NCBI GenBank assembly: GCA_016748015.1
Contig: JAAOMT010000502.1
Span: forward strand, 558,001-622,000
Source: Geosiphon pyriformis uo1
Lineage: Eukaryota > Fungi > Glomeromycota
Length of the DNA stretch: 64,000 nucleotides
Direction: 5' to 3'
The position numbers and the translations under genes are program-made. Under the pieces are notes generated by a model that did not search any database, had not been told where the DNA came from, and saw only the letters and a program-made list of their open reading frames with translations. Position 1 is the first letter of the stretch; each line of letters starts with the position of its first letter. Below, one piece after another: positions 1 to 13,374 of the stretch.

Positions 1-2374
1 GTGTTTTGATATTTCTATCCATGATAATTATTTTAATAGTGGCTGCACAATTTATTCAATAATTTAATTGATTTATAAGTTGTTTTATAATTATACTGCT
101 TGCAGATTTATTGTTAAGTATTAATTTAATATGTAATTTTCTTACTTTGACATTGGTGTACATTGCCATAATTGGCTTATTTTGATTAATAACAGCTTTG
201 CTAAAAAGATCAATAATGTTTAAATTATTAATATTAAACAAAAATATAACAGTAAGGGTATTATTTTTAGTAATTGTGGCAAATAAAATTGTATTGGTAA
301 ACAGATTTGTGTTCTAAGTAAAAGAATTGATAATTCTGACTAAATTTTTTTCTTCTAAAAGTATAATATTACCAAAATCTAGAATCTTTGTAAGACCAAG
401 ATATGAGTCTTGGTTTGAATATTTAGTTTGTGTTGTTTAAAATAGTATGTTATTATAATTTACTGGTTAAGATAGCTTACTAATAAGTTGTATCTAATTT
501 CTATTAATGTTTTGCCATTCTTAATTATAGTTAATTACTCGAAATCTGGGATAGTTATATATAAAAGCTTAATACTAAGACATTGTTTATACCATTGCTT
601 ATAATTGCTAATAGTAATTTTGGAGTGGTGGATGTAAGTACTATAATGGTTAATATTGAAATATAAGATATTAGAGTTCTATAACTTAAGGATATCTTAG
701 TTGTTATTAATATTGGTTTTTTCAGTTTTGGTTTGCTACTTTTTTTCAGCAATTTCTGACAATGTTTTTGAATTTTTGACAGTAGTAACAATTGTAAAAT
801 CTGATTTTCAAGATCATGGAATCCATTAATAATAATTCAAATTACCACTTCAAAATTCATAATCTTCATTATTAAATAGAATATTGTTATTATTGTTGTC
901 AATTTTATTATTGCTGGTATTTATTGATATTGTTTTTTATTGTAATAGTTAATAAGTTCCTGTAGTTTCAGCTAAAAATTGCTCAATTTGTTGAGTTAAT
1001 TTTTTACTTAATTGGGTAAGTTTTGTGTTATTATTAAAGATTTTATTCATAGCCAAATTAACAATTTGAGTATAATTGGCTTCTTGTTTTACTGATTTAA
1101 TATTATAGGCAAAGATAACTACATTTTGCAAATTAGTCAGATGACTGGATCTCATAGATTATAAGATGCTGCTTCTTAATTTTTTAATAAATTGGTTGAA
1201 AATTTGTTCTGTAGTATAATAGTCTTGTTTAATTATCTGTATCTGTTAAAAAATTTGATTAAACCTTTCAAAATAAGTAATTACTGCTTTATAATCTTTC
1301 TGTTTTATTATGCTAAACTGATTTTATAGCTTGATAAGTGTATTGAAATTGCAGAAATACTATAAAAAAACAAGTTTAAATACAACAAAGTTAATTGGTT
1401 TCTCTTTAAGACTTTGATACCATAAGTTTTTGGTTTTTGTTAAAAAAATTGACAGTGTTTAAATTGTTCTGATATTATTATAATTGTTGGCATTAATTGC
1501 TTTCTCAGCTTTTGCAATTTAGGTATATGTATTGTCTTTTTTACTAGAAAACTTTTCTAGTTTAGCAATATTTCAATAAGCTATAATCTGAGTAATAAAA
1601 AATGGTTTACTTATTAACAATAAGGAAACTAATAATAGTATATTTAGTTGTTTTGTGAGATTTAAGGCTGGTTGTTTTTTTTTGTTAATTGGTTTAATAG
1701 ACTGCAAGATAGTTGTTCTTTCTAAAAAAGTAGTTGCTAATTTAGTTAAAAGTAATACTAGTGGTAGTATTTAAGATAACATGTTTTTTCCAAGTTTATT
1801 GACTGCTAGAGTAAGATTTTTAAACAACAATTCATATTTTCTTAGAGATTTAGTCCAAAAATTGTTATTATAGTTTCAAGAGTATAGAGTTCTGAAAGTT
1901 TTTGGAGTTTTTGCTTGTGTTTCTATAAATTGGTTGAATAAAATTTTACTTTCCAGTGTTTGATAATATAAAAAAGTAATTGATAAAAAAACCTTGATTT
2001 TTTGTTGACTGTAGATTGAGTTTTTTTTTGTGTAGCTGTTGTATTATCAAATTTAAACTCAGATTTTTCAGAGTTAGATTTTGTTGGTTGTTTTTTTTTT
2101 ATTTAAAAGTACTGTTTTGCTATATATTTTTTAGTTATAATTTGAGAAGTAATTGCTGTTAAGTATGTTAATAATTTTTGATAAATTTGTTTTTTGAGTT
2201 TTTCTGTGTCTGTTATTTGACTTAATAAATAGTTGATCTTGACATGCAAGTAGTAACAAAAATTACTCTTTGTAGTAACAGTTTTTGGTAGTATTTTTAA
2301 GTTTTTTTAAAATATTGAAATAATGCTTTTTTGTATAGTAAGTAATCTTTTCTTACAGTCTCAATAGTTGCCAT
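1..2374 (-). pseudogene. gag-protease remnant of element G
   Basis: ORF fragments 949-1155 and 56-241 are homologous to A/B/F gag and protease; many stops. Confidence 0.75.
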
Positions 2375-2436
2375 TTTTGTGAATTTTTGGGGTATTCTGT
2401 CTCTGTGGATTTTATAACCTCATAGAAAGCACTAAA

Positions 2437-3504
2437 TGTTATAGGTAAATTTAATAAAGTATAATTATAACATTTAGTGTTTTAAATTTGGGTAAAGAGA
2501 GCTTGAAAATTTTTTTTATAGGCTTGTGTGATATATTAGTGTTATCAGTCTTTAAAAGTTTCTTAATAGATGTAAATTTACTTATAAAGTTCTTTGGTTA
2601 TAAGGCACAAAAACATAGTTTTGTCATGTTTTAATTTGTATATATAAGCTATTTTTTTCAAGCTAGTCAAACACAATTATTAAGATTTGGCAATGTCTTT
2701 TTATTCTTCTAATAAGCTAATAAAATAATATTAATATTCAATTCTAAAAAGAGCTTTTTTCTTTTACCAGACTATCATAAAATTTATTTACAGACAGTTA
2801 ATTTTTTTATGTTGCCACTCTATAAGAGAATAAAAAAAAGAAAATAAAAATAAAAATAAAAATAAAAATAAAATAAAAATAAAATAAAAAAAATATAATA
2901 AAACTTAAAAAAAAAGAAATTAATATTGTTAATTACTATAATTAAGAGCAATTGATTCAAATTATTATTTGTTTAAGGTGTTTTATGCTAAGAGCATCTG
3001 GCTAAAAATAAAGATATGAGAATAAATAATTTGGTTTAAACACAAAATTTAGGAATTATAAATAAGTGATTTTTGGTTTCAAATATTTTTTTTATTTAAA
3101 ATAATGTAAATATATAAATAAAATGAATCTAGTAGATATAAATAAAGAATATATTTTTTATTTGACTATTTTTTCTGTTTATTTTTTTTATTGCTAAAAC
3201 TATTTATTTTTATACATATTTTAAGTTTTATAAGATTGCTTTTCAATCACTTGTTATTATTAACTATTGCTTGCTATTTTTATTGTTGCTTTATTTTTTT
3301 ATATTGTAATTAGTTATTTTATGTTATGGCCAGTTATTTTGTGCTATTTCACATTATTGTGTTATCTTGTATTATCTTGTGTTATCTTAAATTATAATAT
3401 ATTATTCTGTATTATTTTACATTATTATGTTTTTTTATGTTATTATATTTCCTAATTACGTTTTTTTAATATCTTTTGGATTTGTTTTTTCTACTTGGAT
3501 AATA
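2437..3504 (-). repeat. 5' LTR of G (~1.07 kb), including an (AAAATA)n tract at ~2835-2895
   Basis: tgtta...gataata termini; adjacent PBS at 2418-2434; collinear with 4201-4697 + 14923-15436. Confidence 0.8.
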
Positions 3505-4697
3505 GCAATAATGTATACTTAGATATGAATAGTGAGTTTAGTAATAGTAAAATTAATAACATATCAATAAGTGCTGATAATAGTTTTTTTTGGTTCAGCT
3601 GCAATAATTTCTAAACCTAAGAGAATTAATACCAGTTTGAATTATGGTTTCTCTATTGGTATAATTGACTATAAAATAAATAAAAATAAGAAACTTTTTT
3701 CTTTTTCTCTTAATATTTCTTTTGACAAAAGTTAAATTGACTCTAAAATAATAAAAATTCAGGTTGAAATGACCATTAAAAAATCTTTTGTATTAAATAT
3801 TAATCTCTTAATGATAAAAAAAAATTAACAACTGCAAAAATTTAGATAATTAGAAAATTTTTTTCATTAATTAATGGTTTTAAAGAAACCACTATTTTTT
3901 CAAGATTTAAAAAAATTATTAGAATAATATTTACATTAAAAAAAGTATAAAAAAGGCCACATTATTGGCTAAGAAAAAAGAAATTATTGTAAATAATAAT
4001 TTCCAAAAAAAAAATTGTATTCAGATTGAACTGTGATTATTAAAAAAAATTTTATAAATATGTCTAAAAAAATAATTATTATAGTTCTTTTCAAATTTGG
4101 TCAAGTAGTATTAATTTAATTACAATTCATTAAGCTATAGCAAAAAGCTGTAATAAAATTTGCTAAATTGAGTTAGACTAATTGACTGGCTTTAAAATAG
4201 TATTATAAGTAAACTTAATAAGATATAATAGTAATATTTAGTACTCTGAGTTTAGATATAAAAAGTTAAAGATTTTTTTTTAGACATATAAGGCATATTA
4301 AAGTTATTAGTCTCTAAAAATCTGTTATAAATATGAATTTCTCTGTAAAATATTTTAGTTATAAAATACAGAAAAGTAATTTGACTGTTTGCTGTTTATA
4401 TAAGTAAATTATTTTCTTTGAACTAGCTGAGTGTAATTACTAGAGTTCAATAGTATTTTTTTACTTTTTTAATAAACTACCAAAATAATATTAATATTTA
4501 ATCCTAAAAACAGTTAATTTTACAAAGTTATTACTCTACAAGAAAAAATAAATAAAATAAAATAAAATAAAATAAAATAAAAATAAAATAAAATAAAAAT
4601 AAAATAAAATAAAAATAAAATAAAACAAAAAGAAATTAGTGTTTTCAATTGCTGTAATTAAAAATAATTAGTTTAAATTATTATAATTCTTAGATGT

Positions 4698-5568
4698 TGT
4701 TACTCATAGAATATAAAAAATATATTATCACATGAAATAGCCAATCAGAAGTAGCTGTAGTAAATGTAGAATTTCAGAATTCCTTTCAAGAGGAATTGCA
4801 GAATTCCAGGAATTTCAGAATTTTCTGTGTGAGAAATTGCAGGATTCCAAAATTCCAGAATTCCTCTCAAAAAGAATTGCAGGATTCCAGAAATCTCAGG
4901 ATTCCTGAGGTAAAGAATTGAGGAATTAAGGAATCTCAATTATGTATATATAGCAGTAGTATTAGAAGTAGAAAAGGCAGAATTCTTAGTTAGAAGATCT
5001 CTTCATTTAGATTTTATCTAAGCAACTTTCTAAAGCACAAATATCAATAAATAATTATTCACTATCTCAACCCACTCTCTACTATCAACATAAAGTGTTG
5101 ATAGTAATTAATACTTAACCACACTGGAACAATAGTTCTTGATCATGGCTATTGATAGGATACTAACTTGCAATTGCTTTTGTTATTTTCTTTATTTTTT
5201 TTATTTTCTTTAGTTCTGTTGTTATTTCTTTGGTTTTACTAAAATTGATTAAGGATTAAGTGCTGAGATACAAACGTCATAGGAACTGGTAAAAGACCCG
5301 TATAACAAGAGTAGAACACTCATAAATTTGAGAATAGCTTACAGAAGGATTACTGGCCACCATGCTAAGAAAAAAATTTGACGAAACTGCAGTTTTGGGA
5401 AGCTATGGATAAAACCATCAATTAAATCTCTATCCATTATACAAAGAACTCAACTTTAAAATCTTCAAATACAACCAACATACCAGTGTTACCAGTCTTG
5501 TTAAGATATTGAGCACCAAGTTGCAGATTTGTTATTTGATTTAAAACCCCAAATAATCATCTGTAATA
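4698..5568 (+). repeat. 5' LTR of A
   Basis: Direct repeat of 14046-14918; CCAAT box, GGAATTCCA-like array, TATATATAG, AATAAA. Confidence 0.95.
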
Positions 5569-5570
5569 TT

Positions 5571-5587
5571 TGGTGCTCTCTGTGAGG
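5571..5587 (+). promoter_or_regulatory. Primer binding site of A (TGGTGCTCTCTGTGAGG), probably elongator tRNA-Met
   Basis: TGG start 2 nt after the LTR; same motif in B, C, D and G. Confidence 0.85.
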
Positions 5588-5627
5588 TATAATTCTACAG
5601 AAAACCAGCACCAACAATTAATCAACA

Positions 5628-8600
5628 GTGGCAGAATCAGAAAGTATAGGAGCAAACCATTTAGGATTCACAAAATCCTTATTTTAACACTATTGTCAAC
5701 ACTTGCAACTAAATCACAATCATATATTAGCAAAATCAGCCTTTAATTTCTATGTCAACAAGAAAATTGCCTATTTGTTAGGAACACTAGTAAACACTGA
5801 ATTAGTGAGAGAAACTTTCTACCACGAATTAATACAAAACACCAGCTTACCAACAAATCATAATTTTGCATTTATCATCACTAAGATTAACAAAGAAATT
5901 GAACATCATACACAACAAAGATACCCAATCACCTACTTAAGTAAAGGCAAAGGAAAACTACAAACACCAGCAATAACACCTCAACAGATCTAACCATTCA
6001 CTTGAAAGAAACACAGAGTTGAATTACCCACAAATCTATCATATCATTATACTCTGGGAAGCACCATCCATATCACATCACCAAATGCATCCACATCAAA
6101 CATGACATCAACATTTGAATGATTCCTATTCCAAAGTAAACAAAGGAAAACAGAATTACTAGACCCATATGGCAAATATTTTGAAGGATTTCAATTACAA
6201 ACACCAATACCATTAGGAATTCGATCACCACCATCTCCACCAGATTTCGGGATAGCTGATTCGTAAGAAGCATCAGAATTGGAAAAAGAAAAAGAATCTG
6301 AGGATCAAAAATTTTACTTACCAAAACCCGATTCCAGAAAACCCGGAAGTTGAAATCCCGAATGTTCAAACTCTGAAAAATTTAAATCAAGAAAATTCAA
6401 AAATCAAGACTTCGAATATTCAAACACTACAGAATCAGAATATTCTAAACCCCAATTTAGTCAATCAACCGAACTTACCTCCAAATATTGTCATCAATTA
6501 CCCACCAATTAACCCAATAGCACAACCACTACTTCAACAACCAAATCAGCAAATTCAACAGCTGCAACAACAACTTCAACCACTTATTGAACAGCAACAA
6601 CCAAACGTAGACCCAATGGCATACACACCAATTGCAAAACTTAACAATTTTACTGGCAAAGAAAATAATGTTCAAGTATAGCTAAACAATATTGAGAAAG
6701 CCATTACTGCAAATGGATGGAATGATGCCAAAGCTCTTTAAGCAATCTTATACTTTCTCAAGAACACTGCCAATTCCTGATATCAGAGCCTAATCAATAA
6801 ATCCCAGGACTTCAATGCATTCAAACTAGAGTTCTTAAGATATTTTAGTAACAATAATAGTATCAATCAATTGACAAACACCTTCACCACTATTAAACAA
6901 GGGGACACAGAAACAGTTACTACTTACTTGGGACACTTCCATCAAAATCTGTGCCAAATCCAAGCAATTAATGCCAACTATTTCACAGTACCACAAATTC
7001 TAAACCAATTTATTAGAAGTCTGTGCAGTAGCATCCTCCAATGCATACATCCAATACATCCAGCAGACCTTCAAGCTGCAGTTACCAATGCCAGAGATTT
7101 TGAAGCAGCTGAACTTAAAGCTAATCATGCCCAAGCTGTAAATCTAGTGATAAATGAATCATCTGAATTGGATTCCAAATTGAAACAATTCAGTGACTCC
7201 ATTAACCAGAAGCTTGAGAGGTATTTAGCTAACAATTGCGCAATTTATCAGCCACCCTAATGATGCAATAATTTAGGAATCACAAATTGCCCAGAAAATT
7301 AGTCACGTTTCTCATTATCAACCAATCAACCATGGCAGCAAGAAATGCATATCTGCCATTATTGTAATAAACAAGAACATTTGAGAATTGATTGTCAGTT
7401 AAGAATAGAAAACCAACGATTGGAAAATCAATATTGAAACCCCAATCACTGGTTTTCAACTCCGAGATATCAATCAAATGCAGAAATATATCAACCAAAT
7501 TACATACTTATAATGCAGCCACAAATTTATTAGCTGCCAATTTATTAGCCAACAGCATCTATCATTTATCACCCACAGCTCCAACCCATTTATTAGCTGC
7601 AGCCTCAGGTAATCTACCAACTGCAACAAATTCAAATACTGCTGCAGAACTTATCTCAAAACAGAACTCAAAGGCCAAGACTAACACAGCAAAGCTGGAG
7701 ATTGTTGATGGTGGTTCATCAACCAATTCCTAGTTTCATGGCACAACCATCAGGTTCTTGACAACAGAATTCGAGTACCGGTTCCACTCAAAATCTGAAT
7801 TCCCAACACTATTTAAGTCTCTTAGTTACTCCAGAAGACACCACCTCCCACAACTCAGAATCCAATCGACAACCAGTACTTACTAGCAACATACCTCCAG
7901 CCACTGTCACCAATGACAAAACATTGGCCACCATATTCTCTTTTAAACTCGAGGAAACCACAATGGTACCATTATTCAGTAAAGCCGCCTTAAAGAAAAA
8001 ACCCATCACAATAATGTACACTGATGTGAAAGTTGATGACCACTCCATCAAATTGATTCTAGATAGTAGATCAGTTGACAGCATCATCACAAGACAATTC
8101 ATGGATCAATTAGGTTGCTGAGTTGATCAAGCTGCCAGCACAAGAATCATTACTACTGATGAAGCAACCAAAACTCCTATTGGTGAAATTAACAACTTCC
8201 CTATAGAAGTCAATAGCATAATTATCTCAATCAAAGTACTAGTCATGGAAGCCACTCAGTACCAAGTGCTAGTTGGTAATGACTGGCTCACCAAAACAAA
8301 TGCCATCCTCGATTGGACTACTTAAGAGTTGCAACTTAGCCAAAATGGCCAACACACATGAGTACCAGTAACATGTAGCCATTTCAAACCCAATCACATA
8401 CCAGTCCCACTAATCAACTTAGAGGAAGAAAAACCAAAACCCACCTGGAAAGCATACTAAGTGTTATGGATTGATGTTGACTACAATGAACTACTGCCAA
8501 TACTCGTCTGGGATGACAATAACCAAGAAAAGAGAAAAAAAAAAAAAAGAACTTACCTGGAACACTAACCAAGCCTGGGAAATTAACAACAATTAAGAAG

Positions 8601-11600
8601 ACCCATCAACCTAGAAGTAGCAGGAAAGCAATCAAAAAAAAGAGAAGGGAAACAAAGAAAACCAACTTGAAACCAACAAAACCAACAAAGCCAGCACTAG
8701 TGGCTGGAGAAGATCCTATTCAACCAACACCAGACCAGAGCCACCATGTATTCCTTTCAAGTGCAAAAACTGCAACAAAAAATTGTCCTCAATAAAAGCT
8801 TGGGTTGCACCAGACAAAAACTATTGGATGCGCACCTATTACTATTACAAACCATGTCACTGCAAACACTATGAATACTCCAAGAGACAAGGCAAGTGGG
8901 ACAATGAACCATGTCTCGCTTGTGGAGAACAACTGCTTGATGAAGGGATGTGGAATGACATTCTTGATAGAGGAGGAACATGTAACACTTTGTGCCAGTA
9001 CATAATCCTCATCAGTAACTGGGTGAGTTGTGGAACACCCATTATAGTAGCCTGGCACTAAGTGATCTCTCACTTAAAAGGTTATCTACACAACGAGAAT
9101 GAGATCTAGTGAATGGTCAATGCCAAAGTAGAAGGCACTTCACCCAGTAAAATTCTGGAAATCAAGAACAACTCTCCAGAACCAACAGATATTGTGTTGG
9201 TTCTCAACTTGGACGCCTTTTTCGACTTAGAAAACAGCCTAGAAGAATTCCATGAACACTATTAGAATCTAGCACCCATGAGAAAAGAGCAAGAGCAATG
9301 TTTAGAGAAAATCAATACCCAATTATGTAATCACTGTTTAATTCCATGTGACTTCCAATTCTGTAATGATTGTGACCTCATTTACAATCTACTATCATGT
9401 ATGATCTACACAATTCCAGAAAAAAAAGAACCAATTAGCAGCTGCACATTGGAATTGGAATCAGTTTTTGATCCTAATTCAAACTCCAACAATGATGATG
9501 ACAAAAACACTGATTTCAGCTCCATTCAAAACGGTAATGAAAACAACAGCAAATGGAATTTCAATTCAAACCCAGAAATATATATCACACTCTCTGATCT
9601 CACCAAGGAGCAGACCTTGAAATGGTTCAGTGATAATGAGGAAGGAATCATGCCAGAATGTGTGCATGATATTAATGCTGGGTTTGATCTGAGGTATTTA
9701 GGGAAAGATGCCATTAAATTAGAGTCACATTCACACATTTGCATCGATCTGAAAATAGCATTAAAAATACCAGCAACAACTATGGTTCAACTAGCTTCCA
9801 GAAGTAGTTTAGCAAAAAGAGGGATTACTATAAGAGGAGGAATAATTGACACTGGATATGTGGGAAATATCATGGCAATACTACAAAATAACTTAAAAAA
9901 GACCTATATCATAGAACCAAATAAAAAAATAGCACAGGCAATATTCCTGCCTCTGATTAGAGTAGCTCAGTTAGTATCAGTGGGAAAAAAAAAAGAATTA
10001 GGAATAACAGCTAGAGGAATACAGGGATTTGGACCCACAGATAGAACAGACATACCAGTCAATATGGCAGAAGAAGAAATTATTGGCCAAGAAGAAATTA
10101 TCTCAACTGGTCAAGTAATTTCTATTCCACCATATGACCAGTACATGGTAGTTATAGAGAGAAAAGTGAAAGATAAGGATCAGATTTTTGAAACAGAAAC
10201 AAGCCTTTGTGAATCAAGAGAGATTGGACTTATCAATCTCCACATACCAGCCAAAAGCCACAACCATATCAAAATTTTCATTTACAACACAACAGAAGAT
10301 ACCATCACAATACCAGAGGGAACTATTATTAGATACATGAGCACTGAATTAGAAAATCAACCACCAAGCATTATTTCAGATTTTCCACAGCTATGTGGAT
10401 ATGTGAATATCACATCACAAACAATCTACAGATGAAATGAATATTATTTGCTCTAACCAGAACAATTGGAACAAATGAACATGAGAAATTTGGATCCACT
10501 CCAACATATACAACTCAAAATATTACTCAACAACTTCAATGACATCTTCACTAGTAAAAATGAATTTGGCAGAACTGATATCATCCAACATCAGATCAAG
10601 ACTAAAGATACTATGCCAATCAAACAACGAGCCTACAGAGTACCACCAGCCAGCCATAAAATCATCTGTTAAGAGATCAACCAAATGCTTAACAATGGGC
10701 TAATTCAGCCATCTATAAGCCCATGGTCATTATCAATAGTATTCATCCAAAAGAAAAATGGAAAGATCAGATTTTGTGTGGACTACAGAAAACTCAATGG
10801 AGTCACTCATGGAGACAGCTATTCAACTCCACAAATTCATGAGCTATTCGATGCTTTTGGAGGTAATAAATGGTTCTCAACACTGGATCTAAACAGTGGA
10901 TATTAGCAGGTAGCCATGGATCCAACAGACAAAGAAAAAATGACTTTTATGATGAGAGAAAGGAATTTCAAGTTTGAAGTTATGCCATTCGGTTTGATGA
11001 ATGCTCCAGCCACATTTCAATGGCTAATAGAAATAGTATATACTGGTTTATTGTGAAAATCAGTAGTAGTCTATTTGGACAACACTAATGTGTTCTCAAA
11101 AACATTTGATAACTATCTATATCATCTCCAACAAGTGTTTGAAAAACTGAAAAGAGCTGGATTAAAATTGAATACAACAAAGTGTTTCTTTGGCAAAACA
11201 GAACTCAAGTTTTTGGGACATATAGTGAGCAAAAACAGCATCAAAACAGATCCAGACAAGATAGAAATAGTAAAAAAATTTCCAGTACCAACCAACATGA
11301 CCAAGTTAAAATCATTCTTGGGATTTGCAGGCTATTATTGCCGCTTTATCAAGGACTTTTCTAAGATAGCTCAGCCACTTAATCATCTCCAAACCAAGAA
11401 TGTAAAATATGAATGGACTGAAACCCAGCAAGAAGCATTTGACATCTTAAAAAGAAAGCTTATTCAAGCTCTAGTATTGATCTATCCAGATCATAGTAAA
11501 TCATTCATTATTACCACTGATGCATCAAGTCAAGCATTGGGAGCAATGCTATCTCAAAGAGAATCAGATGGAAGAGAACATCCAGTCACATATGCCAGCT

Positions 11601-11875
11601 GAAGTTTAACTCCAGCTGAGAAGAATTATGGAACACCAGCATTAGAACACTTAGCAATCTATTGAACAGTCATGAAATAGAAAGAATACTTGAATCAGAG
11701 ATTTGAAATATACACTGATTACAAGAAATTGACAACAATTCAAAAACAAAAATTTGGAGATGATCAACATGCAAGATGGAAAATAGCACTATCACTATTT
11801 AATTATACAATATATTACAAAAAGGGAAAAGACAATGAAAATGCCAATGGTTTGTCGCAAAAGAGACAAATATAA
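5628..11875 (+). pseudogene. gag-PR-Cys-rich-dUTPase-RT-RNaseH polyprotein of A
   Basis: Retrotransposon gag, decayed CCHC knuckle (~7333), ILDSRS protease site, RT FCVDYRKLN and YLD(D/N), RNase H TDAS; many stops and a few frameshifts. Confidence 0.92.
9650..10040 (+). pseudogene. dut: dUTPase domain in A
   Basis: Five trimeric dUTPase motifs: AGFDL, RSSLA, GGIIDTGYVG, IAQAIF, RGIQGFG. Confidence 0.92.
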
Positions 11876-11936
11876 AAACATTTCAACCCAAAAATATAAC
11901 AAAACCAAACCAAACCCAATAAAAATATAACAAAAG

Positions 11937-13313
11937 ATGAACACACAAAAATACCAACAGCTTTAACACTATATAAATACTCAACAGTTCAAGGAGAAAT
12001 TATCTCAAAAGGAACGAAATAGCATTAAGCAACAATCAAAATATTTTATCAATCATCAAAATATACTTTACTAGAAGAATAGACAAAATTCAGATCAACC
12101 AACCAGAGTAATTACAGAGCCAGAAAAAGAAACAATACTGTTCAACATATACTCAGATCCAACAGCAAGATATTTTTACAAAGAAGCAACCATAAAAAGA
12201 ACCAGAAAAAGATACTATTGGCCATTAATGTATCCAGACATCATCTAATATGTTCAAAATTGTGATGCTTGTCAAAGAAGAAGAGAAACAAAACCCAGTA
12301 AACCATTAAGACTAATCAAAATAGGACAACCATTTGATCACATTGGAATTGACTTAGTCGGACCATTAACAATCACCAGCAGAGGCAACAGATATATTGT
12401 AATAGCTATGGACTATCTCACAAAATGGCCAGAAGCAAAAGCCATTCAAAGAGCAGATGCAGAATCCATTGCCGAATTCATTCATCAAGATTTGATTTGT
12501 CAACACGGATGTCCAAAAAAATTATTATCAGATCAAGGAACTCACTTTGTGAATAAAACATTGGCAGAATTGAGCCAGAGATTCGGAATTAAAAGACTAT
12601 TATCATCATCATATCATCCACAAACCAATGGATTAGTCAAAAAATTCAACAAAACATTGTGTAAAGCAATCGCCAAAATCAGCCAAGAAAACCAGAATGA
12701 ATGGGATTTGTTTATACCATCAGTATTATTTGCTTATTAGACAATGAAGCAAGATACTACACAAGCAACATCATTTGAATTAGTATATAGTAGGACAACA
12801 ATATTACCAGTTGAGATAGAAGTAAACACATATTCAACAGAACCAATAAAAGAAAAGAATTTCCAAGAAACATTGTTAAGAAGAACATATGACTTAATAG
12901 AAACTCTAGAAAACAAATGGCGAAGAGCAGCTGACAACATACAAAAGTCACAAGAGAAACAGAAAGAAAGACATGATAATCAACTACCAAGGAAACCAGT
13001 TGAATTCAAAATTGGAGACAAAGTACTATTACATTGTACCAAAGTGGAAAAACAATGGAGTGGAAAATTTGACTCCAAATAGGATGGACCATTTCACATA
13101 AAAGAAATTTTAGGAAATAGAACTTATAAATTAAGATTGAACAGCAAAATCTTGACAAAAGCAGCACATGGAGATCAACTGAAACCATACTACAATATAG
13201 TATTACCATCTACTAATAACATTCCACAATTGGGAGTACAGAGACTATTAATCTAACCAAATAAGATTCTATGAGATTTAGAACCAATTATCATTATCAA
13301 CACAAACACATAA
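11937..13313 (+). pseudogene. Stand-alone integrase ORF of A
   Basis: Own ATG; YYWP..CDACQ zinc-binding region; GIDLVGPL, DYLTKW, SDQG, YHPQTNGLV; GPF C-terminal module. Confidence 0.9.
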
Positions 13314-13374
13314 AAGTAATCGACCAAAAAGAATATATAAAGACATGATAGACATGACAAAAGATATCAGAAAA

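Larger units (their letters stand above)
1..3504 (-). mobile_element. Degenerate Ty3/Gypsy LTR retrotransposon G (5' LTR, PBS, gag-protease); continues beyond the left edge
   Basis: The minus strand reads ...cctataaca|tttagtgctttctatgagg (decayed PBS). Minus-strand peptides match gag/PR of the other elements (ANYTQIVNLAMN; PIMAMYTNVKV..IKLILN). Confidence 0.85.

Noticed and set aside
6300-6353. Programmed +1 frameshift within gag of A and B (both run into the same AGT TGA)
   Set aside because: The extra base is at different homopolymers (T-run in A, C-run at ~34268 in B), and F has no shift; independent indels are more parsimonious.
5628-11875. Alternative genetic code explaining in-frame stops
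   Set aside because: Internal stops fall at different positions in sister copies and align with CGA, CAA, CAG or TGG codons, so they are mutations.
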